A model generated the notes under the pieces. That model ran no database searches. It worked only from the letters and a program-made list of their open reading frames with translations, and was not told the DNA's origin. Shown here one piece after another: positions 38,799 through 49,958 of a DNA stretch of 64,000 nucleotides (position 1 is the stretch's first letter; every line of letters starts with the position of its first letter). A program made the position numbers and the translations under genes. Origin of the DNA: Microbotryum violaceum (taxonomy: Eukaryota); assembly GCA_001244265.2 (NCBI GenBank), contig CDLV01000005.1, forward strand, positions 2,046,001 through 2,110,000, read 5' to 3'.

Positions 38799-39923
38799 CG
38801 TGGGCGAGAAAACAGGTAGATACTACGTCCCGGATGGGGTTGGGGTTTGGTAAGAGTTCCTCTACTTCCGATGGTCCGTTCCAAGGATCTGGCCTGCTCT
38901 GTGTATATATAGGGCCGGGGCCTGCGCGGGAAAGAAGAAGCAAAGCTACAGTCACTAATGTCGTCGTCCCCGCCGACGAATCGTCTTTCGCCGTCCGAAT
39001 AATTAATCTTCGCAAGCGTCGTTCCAAACCATCTTCGTTCCCTTCGTCAGATCATCCCATTTACCACTCTTTACGTGCTACATCTACATCCCATTTGCCA
39101 CGCCCTACCTTCTACATCTACGTTCCGCCAGGAGTCAAGGAATAATTGGCGGGACTTCAGTGGACCCTCATTACCATTCTTCAGTGGTGTTTGACGACGA
39201 GCTCGGAACGAGAACGCGCCCTCATAGCCACCCTCCCCGCGGATACGAGTACCGTCTTGAGATGTGAGAGAAATCATAATTTGTATCCACTGACAGCACT
39301 GCTCGAACTCGGCCCAACTATTAGAGCGCGGGATTGCAAATCACTTGTCGCACTGCACCCGCACGGGGCCCCACCCCCACGCGCTTGCATAAATTGCACC
39401 TCAAGTTACCACACACCGAATCGGGTATCATCGCGGAAACCCGACGAATGAGTCTACACGCTCTCTTATATCCATCACACCGCCCTCACCCCCACCCAGC
39501 CCTAGGCTTGGTAACACACTGATCCCGGCCGGCGTTCCGACGGTTGTCTTGGCCGCAAGCTCGCCGATCGAGTTCGACCTCCCAACGACGAGCGTAAAAG
39601 ATGTGCTTACTGTTGAGAGGATTTGGATCTTCGGTCGCTGACAAATCCAAGGGAAGGATTTGGCCCACTTGATCGATTGAGCACTTGCGAGTCGAATCTC
39701 GCGAGCTGGGTCACTGCAGCGAAACTTCGGTTCGAAGTGGAGCCAGCTTCAAGTTCAAGCCTCAGGGACGAGAGGAAGCACTGCACGCGGCCTCATCGCA
39801 GGTGATCTCCTCCTCCGCGGGAGTGAACGTGACGACGCGTGGCTTTAATGTAGCTCCAACTCGCTCTGTCACCCCCTGTTGGGATCAACGATGATCCCGA
39901 AATGATCAACAAAAGAAGAAGAA

Positions 39924-39996
39924 CAGCTGGACCAGGAGTCGAACCTGGGTCGCTTCCTTTAATCGGAAAAGCTTTGACCAACTAAGCTATCCGGCC
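39924..39996 (-). ncRNA. tRNA-like gene or pseudogene with UUA in the anticodon position
   Basis: 73-nt cloverleaf: GGCCGGA/TCCAGCT, GCTT/AAGC, TTTCC-GATTAAA-GGAAG, CCAGG-TTCGACT-CCTGG. Intact A and B boxes and a downstream T-run. Non-canonical G32 and A33. Confidence 0.7.
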
Positions 39997-41086
39997 CCTA
40001 ATATCAGTGCAAGGTCTACTAACACCTTCAACACCCCCGACAGTGGGATCAGTGCTCGATATGGGGGTTCGCCACTGCGCCGCAAAAAGACGCGCACTGT
40101 AAGGCTGGGAGTCCAGAGGGTCTCGCCCAGCTGGTACGCTTGCACAAACTCTAACACTTCGTTTATGATCACTGGAGAGGATAGAAAGCAGAATGAAATC
40201 GAGCGGGTGCAGGTTCTTCAAGGTAAAATCTACTTTGGATCTGCGCTCGCCTGGGTCGTCAAGCAGGAGCGCCGCGCAGACATGGGTCACTACGAATTTC
40301 ATCACATCTTGAGCGGTCAGTTGGCCGCCCCTCGCTCTTGTCCGTAGTGCTCATCCGGCATTTCGTTCATTGTAGTCTTGAATCGCTTCTTCCTCTTCGC
40401 CACTCAATCACGTTGATCCCACAGCGTTTGCGCCGGACGGACTCCGACCTACGATTCCTGGATGCTCGACAACGACGCCGTCACCCGAGCATGAAGCGAG
40501 TGGTCGATTAAGCTGCTCGCTAGGCGTTGCCCTCCGCCACCCACCGCCATAATTTTACAACATCCAGCGTCAAAAACGACGCCGTCTGAGGAAGGGGACT
40601 TTGTTCGACCGCTTCCGCGACTTGAAGTGAGCAAGGCCGCGTTCAACACCAACAACGGCAATGGTGAGGAGCGAGACAGACTTTGATTATGGCCAAATGC
40701 CGAAACTAGGCACAAAACGACGCGCAATTTCGGGTGGAAACCTGCTTGACGCCCTCAAGCCAATGGCATTGGCAGTCATCATGGAAAGTGGGGCGGCAGT
40801 GGCGGAGGCCGCTCGATATGGCGACCGAAGGCTCCTGTTGAGCAGGGCTTCGCGTTGTCCGCACGTACTGAGTTTTCGTGCCACATCGGACACGGACTTT
40901 TCCCCATTTTTGCGTGCACGCTAAACCTCACGTTCTAGTGGTAGGGAAGAAGAAAGGATCTCGGGCACGAATTTACGGCTTTTTTTTGTAGAATCACCGT
41001 TTGTTTTTTTTGTAGAAAACGTTCATCATATTGCCCCCAGTTCCTGTTCCCCCTGTTTTGGCCTACGGAAAAACTAGATGGAAGAA

Positions 41087-42461
41087 TTTTTTTTGTTTTT
41101 TTTTGTAGAAAACGTTCATCATATTGCCCCCAGTTCCTGTTCCCCCTGTTTTGGCCTACGGAAAAACTAGATGGAAGACTACGATGATAACACAAATCGC
41201 CCGCAAAAGTGCGAGAAACGAGCCAAGTCCACCAATCCGAGATTCGGATTCAAATGCCCTAGCCAAGCGGTTGCTCCCCCCAGGAGACTAATGAGAGAGA
41301 GAAAGAGAGATGAAGAGAAAAAAAGAAAGAAAAGAAATGTACTAACGACAGAAGGCCCACCCCACAGCCACTTCCCACTCGGTCAAGACAAAGACAAGAG
41401 AGCGACTACGCAGCTACCCTGACCCGCGAAGTCCCAAGTCTATGCTCGGTCACAACAAGACGCGGTGGAGGCCCCTCAAAACCTCCCCCATCGGCAGTCC
41501 CTGGCCCCTCAAAGCCGACTTTCTGCCTGTGTCCGCTGATCCCTCCCTTGACTCAGAACCCCGAAGCCGAAGAGCGCGAGCCACACCGAGTCGACGCCAA
41601 ATCGCGAGATGGTCCATGATCCGCAACGGTGAACCTGTAACAAATGAAAGATGAAAGCGATCTATTTAGTGTACAGTAGGAGAAAATGATGTCACGAGAA
41701 TTTGGTGTGTGTGTGTGTGGTGGTGGTGGGGGAAAGTCGAACCCAGCCTCTACTGCCCTCTCCTCCCCCAAGCTCCTCCCGCCCTCAGCTTCAACCTCTC
41801 CTCCAAGATGATCCTCCTCCTCCCAACAACCTCCGTCCTCGTCCCCCACTTCTGCATCCCCACCTCCCGCTGCTGACCATCTCCAAGACCAGCCCGGTGA
41901 ATATTTCGATCGTCCTCCCCGCTCCTTCTTGATCGCACAGACTGGCCTTGAGCTTCGGAAGTCCGAACATGCGTTGAACAGCCGTGTAATGCGTGTTGTC
42001 GATCGTGTCGAGCCCCAGTGCGTCACAGAGCACGCTCCTTGCCGCGATCCAAACGTTCCCAGAGACAGCGCAGTCGAAGAAGTAGTGCTCCCGATCGTCC
42101 TTGGGCGCTCCACAGACGAGGCACGCGGGCGAGTCGTCGTGCTTTTGATGAAACTGCAGACTCCGAGTCGGGGTGAAGTTCCTGACGAGCTTGAACCACA
42201 CCTCGCGTTCCCTCGCCGTCAATGCCTTCGGTTGACCCCTTTCCAGAATCCCTTGAGATCGTCGGGCTGCAGCGAGTCCCTGAAACCGATCGTGTCGGTG
42301 AAGGCCTTTGCATTCAAGACTCGGCGGACGCGACGGATGGTGTATGGCCGATCCATGCTGAGCAAGTTGTATTGTGTTGATTGGTCTGGGAGAGCCGGTC
42401 TTGGAAGGCGCTGCGGCGGATCGATCGGATGGGGCAGGATCGACTCGAGCGGCGTGGTGGG
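41087..42461 (-). mobile_element. 5'-truncated LINE, family A (ORF2 C-terminus plus 3' UTR)
   Basis: AREREVWFKL, CLVC..DDREHYFFDC zinc-binding tail; 3' UTR closely matches the 44953 copy. Confidence 0.93.
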
Positions 42462-42798
42462 CCGCCCTTTTTTTTTTGTAGAAAACGTTCATCATATTGC
42501 CCCCAATTCATGTTCCCCCTATTTGGCCTACGGAAAAAACTAGATGGAAGACTACGATGATAACACCGCCCCCTTTTTTTTTTTTTGTAGAAACTGTTCA
42601 TCATATTGCCCCCAATTCATGTTCCCCCTATTTGGCCTACGGAAAAAACTAGATGGAAGTCGACGATGATAACACAAACCGCCCGCAAGATGCGAGAAAC
42701 GGGCCGGTGTCCACCAATCCGATACTTGGGATTCAAGTGCCCGATCCAAGCGGTTGCTCCCCCTCAGGAGACGAATGAGAGAGAGAAGATGAGAGAGA

Positions 42799-43716
42799 TT
42801 TTTTTTTTTTGACTGGGGCTCATAAATTGCAATCCTTCGGGTTGGCTGAGACCGCTACAAAAAGAGCTAAAGGAGGTTATAAAGCAACGACGGCAAGCAG
42901 TTGGGTGAAAGTCAAACCCCTGCGCGCAAAGAGCGCTGCGCAGATCAAAACCCGCCGAGCACCTAACGCGGACTCCAACGGGCGGTGAGTACTGCTGCCG
43001 CTTCACGTCCCAAGCGCGGGAGCGAAGATACTCGAAAACCAGGCAAGAGCGCCTAGAGAAAGAAGGGGGAGAGTATACGGAAAGTCACGACTGGGTTTAC
43101 GGAGAACCAGGAATACTAAGACAGAGAGGAGGGGAACACACCCGAGGGGCCAAGGTAGGGGTCGAAGCCGGAGGTAGAGGTCCCCAGGGATTAACAGGCC
43201 GCAGCCACCGTTTTTTTTTTTTTGACTGGGGCTCATAAATTGCAATCCTTCCACCGCTTTTTTTTTTTTTTGACTGGGGCTCATAAATTGCAATCCTTCG
43301 GGTTGGCTGGGACCGCTACAAAAAGAGCTAAAGGAGGTTATAAAGCAACGACAGCAAGCAGTTGGGTGAAAGTCAAACCCCTGCGCGCAAACAGCGCTGC
43401 GCAGATCAAAGCCCGCCGAGCACCTAACGCGGACTCCAACGGGCGGTGAGTACTGCTGCCGCTTCACGTCCCAAGCGCGGGAGCGAAGATACTCGAAAAC
43501 CAGGCAAGAGCGCCTAGAGAAAGAAGGGGGAGAGTATACGGAAAGTCACGACTGGGTTTACGGAGAACCAGGAATACTAAGACAGAGAGGAGGGGAACAC
43601 ACCCGAGGGGCCAAGGTAGGGGTCGAAGCCGGAGGTAGAGGTCCCCAGGGACTAACAGGCCGCAGCCACCGTTTTTTTTTTTGACTGGGGCTCATAAATT
43701 GCAATCCTTCCACCGC
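42799..43716 (-). repeat. Two tandem 459-bp units, each a longer plus a very short family B 3' end
   Basis: 42799-43257 and 43258-43716 share identical truncation points and near-identical sequence. Confidence 0.93.
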
Positions 43717-44947
43717 TTTTTTTTTTTTTTGACTGGGGCTCATAAATTGCAATCCTTCGGGTTGGCTGGGACCGCTACAAAAAGAGCTAAAGGAGGTTAT
43801 AAAGCAACGACGGCAAGCAGTTGGGTGAAAGTCAAACCCCTGCGCGCAAAGAGCGCTGCGCAGATCAAAACCCGCCGAGCACCTAACGCGGACTCCAACG
43901 GGCGGTGAGTACTGCTGCCGCTTCACGTCCCAAGCGCGGGAGCGAAGATACTCGAAAACCAGGCAAGAGCGCCTAGAGAAAGAAGGGGGAGAGTATACGG
44001 AAAGTCACGACTGGGTTTACGGAGAACCAGGAATACTAAGACAGAGAGGAGGGGAACACACCCGAGGGGCCAAGGTAGGGGGTCGAAGCCGGAGGTAGAG
44101 GTCCCCAGGGACTAACAGGCCGCAGCCAAGCCCCAGCTACTCGTCACCCCGACAGCGCCTGATGTCCTCCCTTGGCTGAATCTCGAGTGCTGGCTGTTGA
44201 GCCGTCGGGGCCGAGAGAAAAGCGATCCAGTACAACGAAACGAGCCTCGCCTTGACGCGAGGATATTGACCAGAAACGAGCGACCTTCCTTCCCGAGCCA
44301 TGCCGTAGATCTTGACCAACGCGAACGAACGAACCATTCAACGGAATCCAACACACGGCTTAGGAGTAAAAGGAGAAGTGGCTGAAGCGTAGTCAACAAC
44401 CGAGCAACAGGAACGAGAAGAGGAAGGGAAGGGAAAAAAGGGGGAAAGGAGAGGGAAAAACTTCACAAAGCCTCCAACGCAAAGACAATCGACCTGGCTT
44501 GCCGATCCATCCAAGAACAAAAAACCGCTACTGCGCAAAGTAGAGAGAGAGAGGGAGAGGTGCGCAGCCTTCCACTGCGCAACAAGTTCCAAGACAGTCA
44601 GCTTCTAAAAGAGGAGTCGACCTCCGAAAAAGAAGGGAGGAAAGGAGGGGAGGAAAATGGGAAGGAAGGACTTAACTCGGTCACCACACCTCCCAATCTC
44701 GAGCCCCAGGCACAAAATCCGCTCGAGAGAGAAAATCTCGCTCAAACGCTCTGAGTGCACTGGGGAGCGAGGGAGGGGCCCTGACCTTGTCCAGCTCGAA
44801 CCGCTGATGAACGCGCCAGCGGAGCAGGTGCAGCCGCTGGAAGCCGATCGCGCAAGCCAGCCGAACCCACATCCATTTCGAGGTCGTTCTCCCACGACCC
44901 CGCAAAAGGGGGAGCCCCATAGTCAGCTGCTCCGGAGTGAACCAACC
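43717..44947 (-). mobile_element. 5'-truncated LINE, family B (last about 88 aa of ORF2 plus about 950-nt 3' UTR)
   Basis: FTPEQLTMGLPLLRG..LHLLRW (44946-44681) parallels YTAVQRMFGLPKL..SGRW of family A. Poly(A) tail; flanked by CACCGC on both sides. Confidence 0.85.
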
Positions 44948-44952
44948 ACCGC

Positions 44953-47900
44953 TTTTTTTTTTTGTAGAAAACGTTCATCATATTGCCCCCAGTTCCTGTT
45001 CCCCCTGTTTTGGCCTACGGAAAAACTAGATGGAAGACTACGATGATAACACAAACCGCCCGCAAAAGTGCGAGAAACGAGCCAAGTCCACCAATCCGAG
45101 ATTCAGATTCAAATGCCCTAGCCAAGCGGTTGCTCCCCCCAGGAGACTAATGAGAGAGAGAAAGAGAGATGAAGAGAAAAGAGAAAGAGAGATGAAGAGA
45201 AAAAAAGAAAGAAAAGAAATGTACTAACGACAGAAGGCCCACCCCACAGCCACTTCCCACTCGGTCGAGACGAAGACAAGAGCACGACTGCGCAACCACC
45301 ACGACCCTCGACGCTCCAAGTCTCTGCTCAGTCACAACAAGACGCGGTGAAGGTCCCTCAAAACCTCCCCCATCGGCAGTCCCTGGCCCCTCAAAGCCGA
45401 CTTTCTGCCTGTGTCCGCTGATCCCTCCCTTGACTCAGAACCCCGAAGCCGAAGAGCGCGAGCCACACCGAGTCGACGCCAAATCGCGAGATGGTCCATG
45501 ATCCGCAACGGTGAACCTGTAACAAATGAAAGATGAAAGCGATCTATTTAGTGTACAGTAGGAGAAAATGATGTCACGAGAATTTGGTGTGTGTGTGTGG
45601 TGGTGGTGGGGGGAAAGTCGAACCCAGCCTCTACTGCCCTCTCCTCCCCCAAGCTCCTCCCGCCCTCAGCTTCAACCTCTCCTCCAAGATGATCCTCCTC
45701 CTCACAACACCCTCCATCTTCGTCCCCCACTTCTGCATCCCCCACCTCCCGCTGCTGATCATCTCCAAGACCAGCCCGGTGAATATTTCGATCGTCCTCC
45801 CCGCTCCTTCTTGATCGCGTAGACTGGCCTTGAGCTTCGGAAGTCCGAACATGCGTTGAACAGCCGTGTAATGCGTGTTGTCGATCGTGTCGAGCCCCAG
45901 TGCGTCGCAGAGCACGCTCCTTGCCGCGATCCAAACGTTCCCAGAGTCAACGCAGTCGAAAAAGTAGTGGTCGGTGTCGTCCACCGGCGCCTCGCAGACG
46001 AGGCACGCGGGAGAAGTGTCGTGATTCTGTTGGTGTTGCAGCTTGCGCGTCGGGGTGAAGCGGAGAATCAGCTTGAACCAAACTTCCCTCTCCCTCGCCG
46101 TCAGTGCCTTCGAGTTGACCGCCTTCCAAAAGCTCCTGAGGTCGTCCGGCTGCGGTGGTCCCTTGAGCCCGAGCGTGTTGGTAAAGGCCTTCGCGTTCAG
46201 GACCCGGCGGATGCGACGGATGGTGTACGGTCGAGCCATGTTCAGCAGCTTGTACTGGCTCGCCTGCTGTGGAAGCACCGGGTCCGGAAGGCGCTGCTCC
46301 ATTGCGAAGCGGGCCACGGGCTTGGGGAGAATCGCCTCGAGCGGTGCGCTGGTGCCGATCCGGGGAGGCACGTTGAGCCGTCCTGCCGCCACCGCCACCG
46401 CCAAGGGCGTGTTCTTGTGTCGATCGACAGTAAACCGGTACCAGGCCGCGATTGCCAGTCGCTGCGGGAGCCCGCGTCGATCGTACTCGCTGTTGTCGCC
46501 GAGCACATCCGCCGGCGGCGTCCAAAGGTGAAACCCTCCACCCGCATACAACTCGCGCCGGTAGAGATCCGCCACCTTCGGGTAGCCCTGGAGACGAAGG
46601 TAGTCAGGTATATGAACCGCGTCGATGGTCTGTCTCCCTCTGATGGGGGTGTGGAGGCTGCCGAGCAAGGTGGGAAGCGCGAGCAGGTTCGCGGTGGTCA
46701 AGGTCCTCGGGTTGACCTGCGCGTCTTGCTGTTTCGGAACCCCCAATGCTGCTCGCCATCGGGGATGGAGGTCGCTGGGGATGGGAGTGGATGGATGTGG
46801 CCAGAGATCGGTGGCCAGGTCGAGGTCGGACTGAGCTCGCTGGAGTGCCACGCGCGCAAGTCCTTGCCAGATCGCGCCCGAACCGCCGAGAAGAACGTCC
46901 CAGATCCGTGCCGCAACCGCGTCCACGACGTCCTGCATCCTGATCACCCCGAGTCCCCCTTGAGCTTGGCTGTGAACACGATATCTCTGCCGTAGCTGGT
47001 CCTGCCCTTGCCCCCACGGACGAAATCGACGAGCATGTCATCGAGCTTCTTGACGACTTCGGGCGGCGGGATGTCGGCTGCAAGGAAGTGCAGGATCTTG
47101 GGGATGGCGTACCGATTGACGTAAAAGGCACGGGTGTGGTGTGTGAGCCAGCGATGCTGAACCCCTTCCAGCGTCGCCTCGAGGCGTTCGATGAGATTCG
47201 CGTAGGCGAGTTCGGTGTCGCCGCTCGGGTCGAAGGGGAGGCCGATCCACTCGAGCGACTCGCCTGCGGCCTTGACGACGAGCGGGCGTTGGCCCGGGTC
47301 CCAGCGGTGTCCGATCGGTAGGACGACCGTCTTGTCCGTGTTGAGCCGGCCATTCGTTGCATGCCTCCAGTCGAGCGCCAGGTCATCGAGCAAGTTGAGT
47401 GACCCCAAGCCCGCGACGGCGACGACAACGTCATCGGCAAAAGCAAGCGATGTAATGGCGCGGCTCTGTGGGTACGGATGAAGTGCAGGTATGGAGAGAT
47501 TCAGCGCGATGTTTCGACGGTGTAGAGCATCCAGAAACGGCTGAAACACGATGTCCCAGACCGACGACGACGCCGGGTCCCCTTGGCCGAGCCCACACGT
47601 CAGTCGTACCGGCGCCGTCAAGAACCCATTGATGATGTAGCGGGCCGAGGTCGAGTCACCCGAGTAGAGCATCCTCAGCACGCGAAGAAAGGTGGCAGGA
47701 GCGCCCAGAGCGTCAAAGATGGCAAAGATCCAGTCATGCTCGACGAGGTCGTAGGCGGACGATTGGTCAAGAGATAAGAGTGCGGCCGCGGGGAACTCGG
47801 TCCTGCGCGCGCCAACTTCCTCGATCAGGAGACGAAGGTGTAGTGCAGCGTCAGCCGATCGGCGGTCCTTGACGAATCCGTGCTGCTGCGGCGGGAGGAG

Positions 47901-48569
47901 ATCGGGTAGAATCTGGTTCAACCGGGCGACATAGACCACGGTAAAGATCTTGTAATCGCACTCGCGCAGGGTGATCGGCCGGTACGACGAAAGTTCGGCG
48001 CGATCGGCGTTCTCCTTGTGTCGCTTGAAGATAAGGCGCACGAAACCTTGGCCCTGCTTGGGAGAGAGTGAACCGCGCTCAATCATCGCGTTGTAGGCCT
48101 TGGTCAGCACCTTGGCCCACGCCTTGGGTGCGGTCTGGTAGAGTTCGTAGGGCACGCCCGACGGTCCCGGCGATCGCCCCGGGTGCGTCGTCCCGATCGC
48201 GGCCACGACCTCGTCCTCGGTGATTGGTCGCTGGAGTAAGTCGTTCTGTGATTCCGAGAGTCGGCGCAGAAAGAGAGGATCCGAGCGCGGGTCGTCGCAA
48301 GTCCGCGCCGCCCTGATCGGCGCGAGGAAATCGTCCCGAAGTCGGTCGACGCGGTCCGGGTCACGAGGCTCGATGTGGTAGAGGCGCTGGAAATGCGCCT
48401 GCGTGTGGTCAAGAGCGACATCAATGTCATGCGTTAGCTCTCCGTTGCTCAAGCGCAGTGCTGTGATCTTGGAGTCCGAGTTCCGCGCCGCGAGCTTGGC
48501 GTGGACCGGCCGCGACAGTCGTTCCTCGGAGGCGATCTCGGGTACGTGGGCTCGGATCCGGAGTAGGCA
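44953..48569 (-). mobile_element. 5'-truncated LINE, family A, with complete RT domain
   Basis: [48 protein letters not shown]. Frameshift near 46955. Confidence 0.96.
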
Positions 48570-49958
48570 TTTTTTTTTTTTTGTATGAAACTCATCGCTA
48601 ATTTGCAAGACGAGAAACCCCCCTACGGAACTAAAGGAGATGCTACCCAGTATGCACGATGATGACCACAACCGCCGCTTGATGCGTTGTAACTAGCAGA
48701 ACAGACCAACCCGATACATCCGAGTTCAAGTCCCCCCACCCACGGTTGCTCCCTCCCAGAGACGAATGAAAGGAAGATTGAAGATAATACACGGGGAATC
48801 TGGAAACGATGGAAGAAATGTTGGTGGTGGTACATGTGTTGTACAGGTGAATCCGATCATAGTTGTACAGTTGAACCTTCTTCGATCTTTTGACTTCAGA
48901 CCCCCCTGAGACTGCCATACTCCTTGAAGCCCCTTAATTCTTTGAGACGCGTCGAACAAGGCCTCCGATGGCACAAACATCCCGCTCAATCCGAATGATT
49001 CACGTGGTCCAAAAGGGGGAATGTAACCCCCTGCGACCGCAGCAATCACATACCCCTTGTACCCGTCTGCGCTGGATCTCCACCGCGGAGTCCAACCCCC
49101 TTTTCGGTTACCAAAGTCTGCCCCCCCTCGCGACCGCACGACCCCAGATCACCCCCATTTCAATGACTGCAACTGCGAAACAGGCCTACTTCGCACAAAA
49201 ACACACAATCCAGAGATTTCCGGGGAAAGTCATGGAGCATGTGACAGTCCATTGGACACGCCTCGGTCTGCAGCGCGGGCGGGTGGCCGTCAACACCGGC
49301 GCGCAGCTGGAGACAAGAGGCGGGGTATACCTTCCGCAGGGGCCTCGCTTCCCTGCGGCGTACTCCCAATCTCGGAACGCACACTCGAGTCCCCTTGTAC
49401 GTGCAGGTGGTTCCCAATCACCGCAGATACTGGGGAAAGAAGGAGCATGAGGCCCACGACGGTGATGTCATTGGGTGGGACCTCGCTCGAGTGTGGATGT
49501 GTATGGCGGTTCGGTACCCGAGTCACCCGCCGCGCGGCCGCGACTCCGAGCGAGCAGCAAAGCAAGGAGAGGCGAGCCACGCAGGCAGTTTGTGCCGGCC
49601 TTGAACAGGAGATCACGGAGTCGCTCGACCGAAAGAGAAGACAGACCCGGCCCTTGAGAGGAGTGGAAAACTCACGGCATAGTCCAGGAGAGGGCCAAGG
49701 GGATCCGTTTTCGCTGTGTGTCATCGTGATGTGGCAGAAGCTCGAACCAAGGGCGACAATGCCCGCCGGCGCAAAGAACCCGAGGCTCCTGGGAGTACGG
49801 AAGCCTATGAGGAGGAATGGCAAAAAGAGCGAGAGAAAACAGGTTCAGTATTCTGGCGTGTTTGGGAGACATTTTGGAGATTGAGAAGGAGGGAAAAGGG
49901 ACTTGTGATTTTTTGGGGGTTTGGTTTTTGCTTGGATAGGGAGGGAGCGCCATCTACT

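Noticed and set aside
40007-40015. GTGCAAGGT upstream of the tRNA-like gene, also present near the LINE C 5' end
   Set aside because: A 9-bp match at a different distance with no further homology is compatible with chance.
48583-48770. Hammerhead ribozyme in the LINE 3' ends
   Set aside because: GATGA is present, but the ordered CTGANGA...GAAA...NUH core is not.
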